64,000 nt of DNA from the human T2T-CHM13v2.0 reference genome, Homo sapiens. Made by a program: the position numbers and the translations under genes. The notes below the pieces were generated by a model. That model ran no database searches. It saw only the letters and a list, made by a program, of their open reading frames with translations, and was not told the DNA's origin. How positions within the stretch are numbered: the stretch's first letter is position 1; each line of letters begins with the position of its first letter. Of the stretch, positions 56,318 to 64,000 are shown one piece after another. The stretch lies in assembly GCF_009914755.1 (NCBI RefSeq), contig NC_060934.1; one strand, written 5' to 3'.

Positions 56318-56900
56318 CTAGTTTACTGCATACTGTAGGCCAGGTCTCATTGAGAACAATTCCAAGGAAATGACAAATTCCCAAGTTGCATCACATATTC
56401 CTGGAAATAGGCTGTAGGCTAAAGAGTTTTTTTGCCTAAGCAAATTTTTGCTGTGCCCCCAGGCTTCTATCTGAATCTTTGGATCTTCCCTATGTCGTTT
56501 TTCCATGGAATGCCTAGTTCTTGAAAGCCATTTTACCCTCTTTGTGGCAGGGAAAGACGTTTGCTCCATTTGACTGATGGGAAAATTATGGCCCTAGAAT
56601 AGGACAGAGGTGACCCAAGACTCATTGTTGAGGTGTGGTCTGGTGTAGGTTTGGGGATTTTTGCCCTGTTTGAAGGTTTGAGGTTTTCAGAGTGAGCTTC
56701 CAGAATCTTTTCTCATTGGTAATCAGGGAGGATCTAGGGAAGTGATTTTTCATCTCTGAGTACATGTTAGAGTTACATAGCGGTCTTTTAAAAAAAATAC
56801 TGATGTCCAGGCATCCTCTCACTAATGATTCAGTTGGCCTGGGTTGCCCAGTCCTCTGTATTGTAAAAGCTCCCTGGGCGATTCCAATTTTTAACCAGGG

Positions 56901-57932
<1,032 letters not shown>

Positions 57933-59029
57933 TGCTTGGGCTTCTTGCTCTTCTGCTCTTGCTCTGTGTTCTGCCTGGAATCTCTGGGATCTTGAATCCT
58001 TTTTCCCTGTGATTCCTTATCACATCCTTCAAAATGCAGAGCCCCCACCCCACACAACAACACAGCAACAGCAGTGACTGCAACAGCAAACGCTGGTGGT
58101 TGGTGTTCAGGAGAGCTCTTTGGCCTGGATGGTGGTTGAGTAACTGTGCGCCTTCAAGTCAGCACCCAGATGCCTTTTCTTTCTGTGGTTCTGCTGCTCC
58201 ATGGAATCTCTCGGCAGCTCCGGTCCTGGTTTGCTTGGCCATGGGCCTCTGTCTCTTTTCTTTCCTTGGGCTTCTACCTGAAGCAGACCCAGGGTGCTGA
58301 GGGCTCCTCTTTGGTGTGCAGGTCCTTGCCCATGACTTCTCGTGGTTGATGATGCTCCCCTCCCCCATCTCAGCCCTTCCTGGGCCCACCAGCAGGCAGA
58401 TTGGTTGGAACGCTGCCACGCCGCCTCTCACTGCCTGTCTGTGGTCGTAGGTGTCTGACTGCCGAGACACCTGGGCATTACCTGTTCAGTTATCACAAGG
58501 AAAAGGGCCCGGGCGTTACCCGTTCAGTTATCACAGGTGGCATGCCCTGAGAGGCAGATCATGACTTGCTCGATTTCATTAATTTCACTTGAGCAGATGG
58601 GAAGCACGCTGTTGGAACAGGAGCCGGTCTCCATGAGCCTTGGTTTGAACAGAGAGAAGCTCGTGAGAGGTGCTATTTGCTTGTTCTGCTGCTCTAACAG
58701 GGCCTTTAGGGACTGGGAAAGGACAGACCCTGGCCGTGGGCCTCTATCTGGAAAAGGGGGTATCACTATCCATGTGTGTAATAGGCCATGTAGAAAAGGG
58801 AGCAGATTGTTCTGGGCGTCTTTAGAAGGCAGAGTGAAAAGCAGCGGGCAGAGGGTGCCAGGAGGCTGATGTTAGCGCATCCTATGGGGAATGCCCTTTC
58901 TCTTGTCACACTGCCCAACAGGGAAGGCTGCCTAGGGAGGAGAACAGGCAGAGAAGCTGGGGTAGGGTGGTCCTAGGTGGCTGCTAGCATGATAGTGACA
59001 GCTAACATTGAGTGACACGGTCCATGAGA

Positions 59030-59290
59030 CAGGCAGGAATGCACAGTGGTTAGGAGTACAACTTCTGGTGTTAGATCTAACTGGATTCAAAATGTGGATT
59101 GCCACTTGTTAGCCCTGTCCATGGGCAAGTTATATAACCTTTCTGTGCCTCTGTTTCCTCATCCGTGAAATGGGGATAATGCTAATGTCTCCCTCCTAGG
59201 GTTGTAATGAGGATGAAAAAAGTTAATACAGGTAAAGTGCTGGGAAAAGTGTCAGACACATAGGAAGGGCCACAGGCACTCATTGTTAGC
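59030..59290 (+). mobile_element. MIR
   Basis: GGGCAAGTTA...AACCTTTCTGTGCCTCTGTTTCCTCATCCGTGAAATGGGGATAAT core. Similar MIRs at ~23900, 27300, 33260, 35750, 50200. Confidence 0.8.
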
Positions 59291-60307
59291 CAGATATTGT
59301 AGCACTATCTGACCTATATTAACCCATATCCTCCATATAACCTTACAGGAAAGCAGTCAGTATCTCATTGCACAGGTAGGGAGGCCAGGGTGAGTAGCTC
59401 AGTAGTGGCTCTGCCAGGCCTCCACCAGTGCTGAGATTCCTGTTCAGGGCTACACAGAGGCTGTTCCCACAGGAGCCTGGGGTGGCACCAGACTTAGAAG
59501 GGCACTGTCCTGCCAGGGATCCTCTGCCTGGCTGCAGCCAGGCGGTCACGTCTGGTTCTGTCAGGAGCAGGAACAATGAGGACTGTGTTTTTAAGGAGGC
59601 TCTGTGCCCTGTGCTGATGGTTGAGGGCCGGGTGCTCAGGTCTCGGCAGCATCCTTGGCTTCTGGGCGGCTCTGGTTGGAACAGATTGTTTTGCTGTGTC
59701 ACAGCCAGCTGTGGGTGTGCCAGCTGGGCTCCCGCAGAGGAGCGGCGGGCTGCTCTGATGTGCGCCCACCTCTTCAATCTGCCCTGCTCAGGGGTTCCTC
59801 CTGGCCCCTCGTCAGCCAGGATGTGGGGGCTGAATCTGGCTCACATATGGCATCGAGCCCTGGTTCTTGCCAGCTCCCGGCTGGGCCTTCAGCAATGCGT
59901 GTTGGCTTCTATCTCTACACCTGGCTGCCTCTCCCCTGCAGCATTGGGCTCATTCTGTCATTGGTCGGTGCTTGACCGGGGCTGGAGCTGTGCGGTGAGC
60001 TGATTGGCTGTCAGTATGCAGAGCCCAGCCCTGGAGTTTAGGGTAACATCAGTGGGGGAGGAGTGAGTTCCTCAAAGCAAATTCTTGATCCTTTTGGCCG
60101 GAGAAGGAGAAAATCATGCCAGGGAGGTGCCTAACAAATGTCCTGACAGCGGCCCCAGGGGGAGTGGCTGCCTTTCCCTCGGAGAAGCTGTTTACCCTTT
60201 CTGAGCTGGGAAATGGGGAGAATACTTCCTGGCCACCTCCTATCCACAGGGCTTGGGGTCTCCCATAGGAGTGGAGGTGAAAGTTCTTTGAAAAGTATAG
60301 CATACAA

Positions 60308-60600
60308 GCCAGGTGCTGTAGCTTGCATCTGGGAGGGTCGCTTGGGCCCATGAGTTCGAAACCAGCCTAGGCAGCATAAGGAGACTCCCCCTCTACAAAA
60401 ATTTTTAAGAATTAGCTGGGCGTGGTGGTCTAGCTACTCAGGAGGCTGAGGTGGGAGGATGGCTTGAGCCCAGGAGGTTGAGGCTGCAGAGAGTCGAGAT
60501 TGTGTCACTGCGCTCTAGCCTGGGCGACAGTGAGACCCTGTCTCAAAAAATAAATAAATAAGTAAATACATACATACGTACATACATAAAGATAAAAAAT
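60308..60600 (+). mobile_element. AluJ-like with (TAAA)/(TACA)n tail
   Basis: Degenerate Alu; TSD AAAAGTATAGCATACA. Confidence 0.88.
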
Positions 60601-60749
60601 AAAAAGTATAGCATACAGTTTAGGAGGAGATTATCATATTTTGCACATTTCTATCTGGGGCCTTCTTGACATCTGCAATCTAAATCCAAACGCTCCCCCT
60701 GCCTTCAGGCAGCCTTCCCTGCCTGCTCCTGCCCATGGTGTTCTCCTAG

Positions 60750-61133
<384 letters not shown>

Positions 61134-62329
61134 TAGGTACCATCCCCTCAAGGCTTTCTTGGGGTGTTGGGGCAGAGAAGAGCAATTGGTCCCTTGTTAC
61201 TTCTTGAGTCCAAGTTTGGTGGCTTTTCCTTCAAGAGTGTCATGGCTTTCTGGGTCCGTGTCCTCTCACTCTTAGTTGACCCATTCTGGGCCGGACTCCC
61301 TGAAGGCACTTGTGGCGGTTCATTAAAGAATGACATAGTTAGCCTCAAGTGCACAGGTGATTTTCCTGTCTAGCTACAAGAGCAGCCTCCTCTCCCACCC
61401 CCATCAGCCCATCACCCCCACCCTCCACACACACTCAGGGTAAGATTAGCGTCCAGGAAGCAGACTATTCGAGCAAGGAGCAAGGAGCTGGTAAAGCCCG
61501 GAGCCTGGGTTTTTGGAATTCCACCTCCCACTTCCAGTCTGGAGACCTCCAGACTGTGCTGAGGGCACTAAGGGCACCCTAGTAACCTCAAGATGTTAAT
61601 TAGGTGCTCCCTGAAAAAAGACTTCCTTGACCAATAGGATTGGGAATATGGCACATTTATCTTCCAGTTTACAATATTATGGTAAAATAAATACAGACTC
61701 ACAGTAAAAAAGAATAAGAAGTATAAAGTATAAAAATACAGATTTATAGTATCATCAACACATTAAAGAAAACCCAGTTTGCTTTGACTTGTCATTTCCC
61801 AAACTTCTTTTGTGCTTGAAACCACCCCTTCCCTGCCACACACACATTCTTTCAGAGGAAACCTGTTAACAGCCAGAAATGTGCCCTGACGTGCAAGTTT
61901 GAGAAACACCGGTTAACAGATGAGACAGGACAGTTAGAAGGAAGGACAGAGCCAGCCAGCAACTAACTGTAGCCCCTTGGCATCACACAAGAAACCCGGG
62001 ATTCTCTGTCTCCTTGTGAAGATTTGCATCAGCTCTCTTTGAGGTTAGAGAAGGCAGCTGCTGGAAGAGGAAAGGGGTTTATCTGGACCAACTCTTCTGC
62101 CAAATCCATGTGCTGGAGTTTGTTGTATGATCACTCTCCTGAGTTTCCAGCTGTCCCTTTTCATGAGTCTCCTGGTCAGTGGCTGGGAAGGAAGGGGAGC
62201 GGGAGACTCGTGGATTGTCTTGAAAATCACTGGCCAAGTCAGGAAATGCATGCCTTCCTCTTGGCCTGTTTCTGGTATTGACTCTTTGGTTACCAAGAAA
62301 CACAAACCCAGCTAGCTCAAGAAAGCATG

Positions 62330-63560
<1,231 letters not shown>

Positions 63561-63896
63561 CCCACGAGTGGGAGGTTCTCCTGAGCCTCATGAGCCCTGG
63601 GTGGTGGCAGCCATTTCGCCACCTGTTCAGAGGCCACATAGTCTTGCCTCTCCACTTCTCTTCATGGTCCTGGCTTGGCATAGTGCAACCTGGTACAGTT
63701 TTTCCTATCACTACCTGGCATTTCTTATGGAGGAGAACCCTTCCTGGGCTCTTCTCAGGCATTTGACAGTCTTCATCCCATACCATCCCATACCATCCCA
63801 CACATGGTAAGTGGGGCTGTCCCTTTCCAGCACCTTTGAGCCTCAGTGCTTTGCACTGCCTCATGTGGTCCTCAGTGCATCAGTATTGGCTTCTAA

Positions 63897-64000
<104 letters not shown>

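Noticed and set aside
59343-60010. 191-aa plus-strand ORF, a GTGAGT donor at 59390 and a TGATTGGCTG CCAAT-like motif in GC-richer intron-7 sequence
   Set aside because: No similarity to known proteins and no coherent exon or promoter structure; too weak without data.

Overview
Primate (by sequence, human) genomic DNA holding the 5' half of the hexokinase 1 gene (HK1) on the + strand. It contains the erythroid alternative first coding exon (HK-R, 3-62, missed by the ORF track), a CpG-island promoter with the ubiquitous first exon encoding the mitochondrial/VDAC-binding peptide (2996-3058), and coding exons 2-8 plus the start of exon 9. All introns are GT-AG and phase-consistent, encoding most of the N-terminal (regulatory) hexokinase half. 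Introns are dense in Alus (about 49 copies or fragments), old L1 3' ends, ERV1/MaLR solo LTRs, MIR/L2 and hAT DNA transposons; almost all other ORF-track entries are noise. No CRISPR, RNA gene or prokaryotic system is present, and I cannot demonstrate a new system. The best leads concern HK1 regulation: a candidate intronic first exon (MACAPEK) next to a GATA/NF-E2/KLF cluster, a UG-repeat-flanked cryptic exon with TDP-43-type architecture, the probable intron-2 beta-cell silencer, a TSD-flanked 3'UTR retrocopy carrying a sense polyA signal, an unexplained 174-bp near-identical duplication, and a candidate in-frame 51-nt cassette exon. Repeat subfamily names and disease-element placement are from memory and need computational confirmation.
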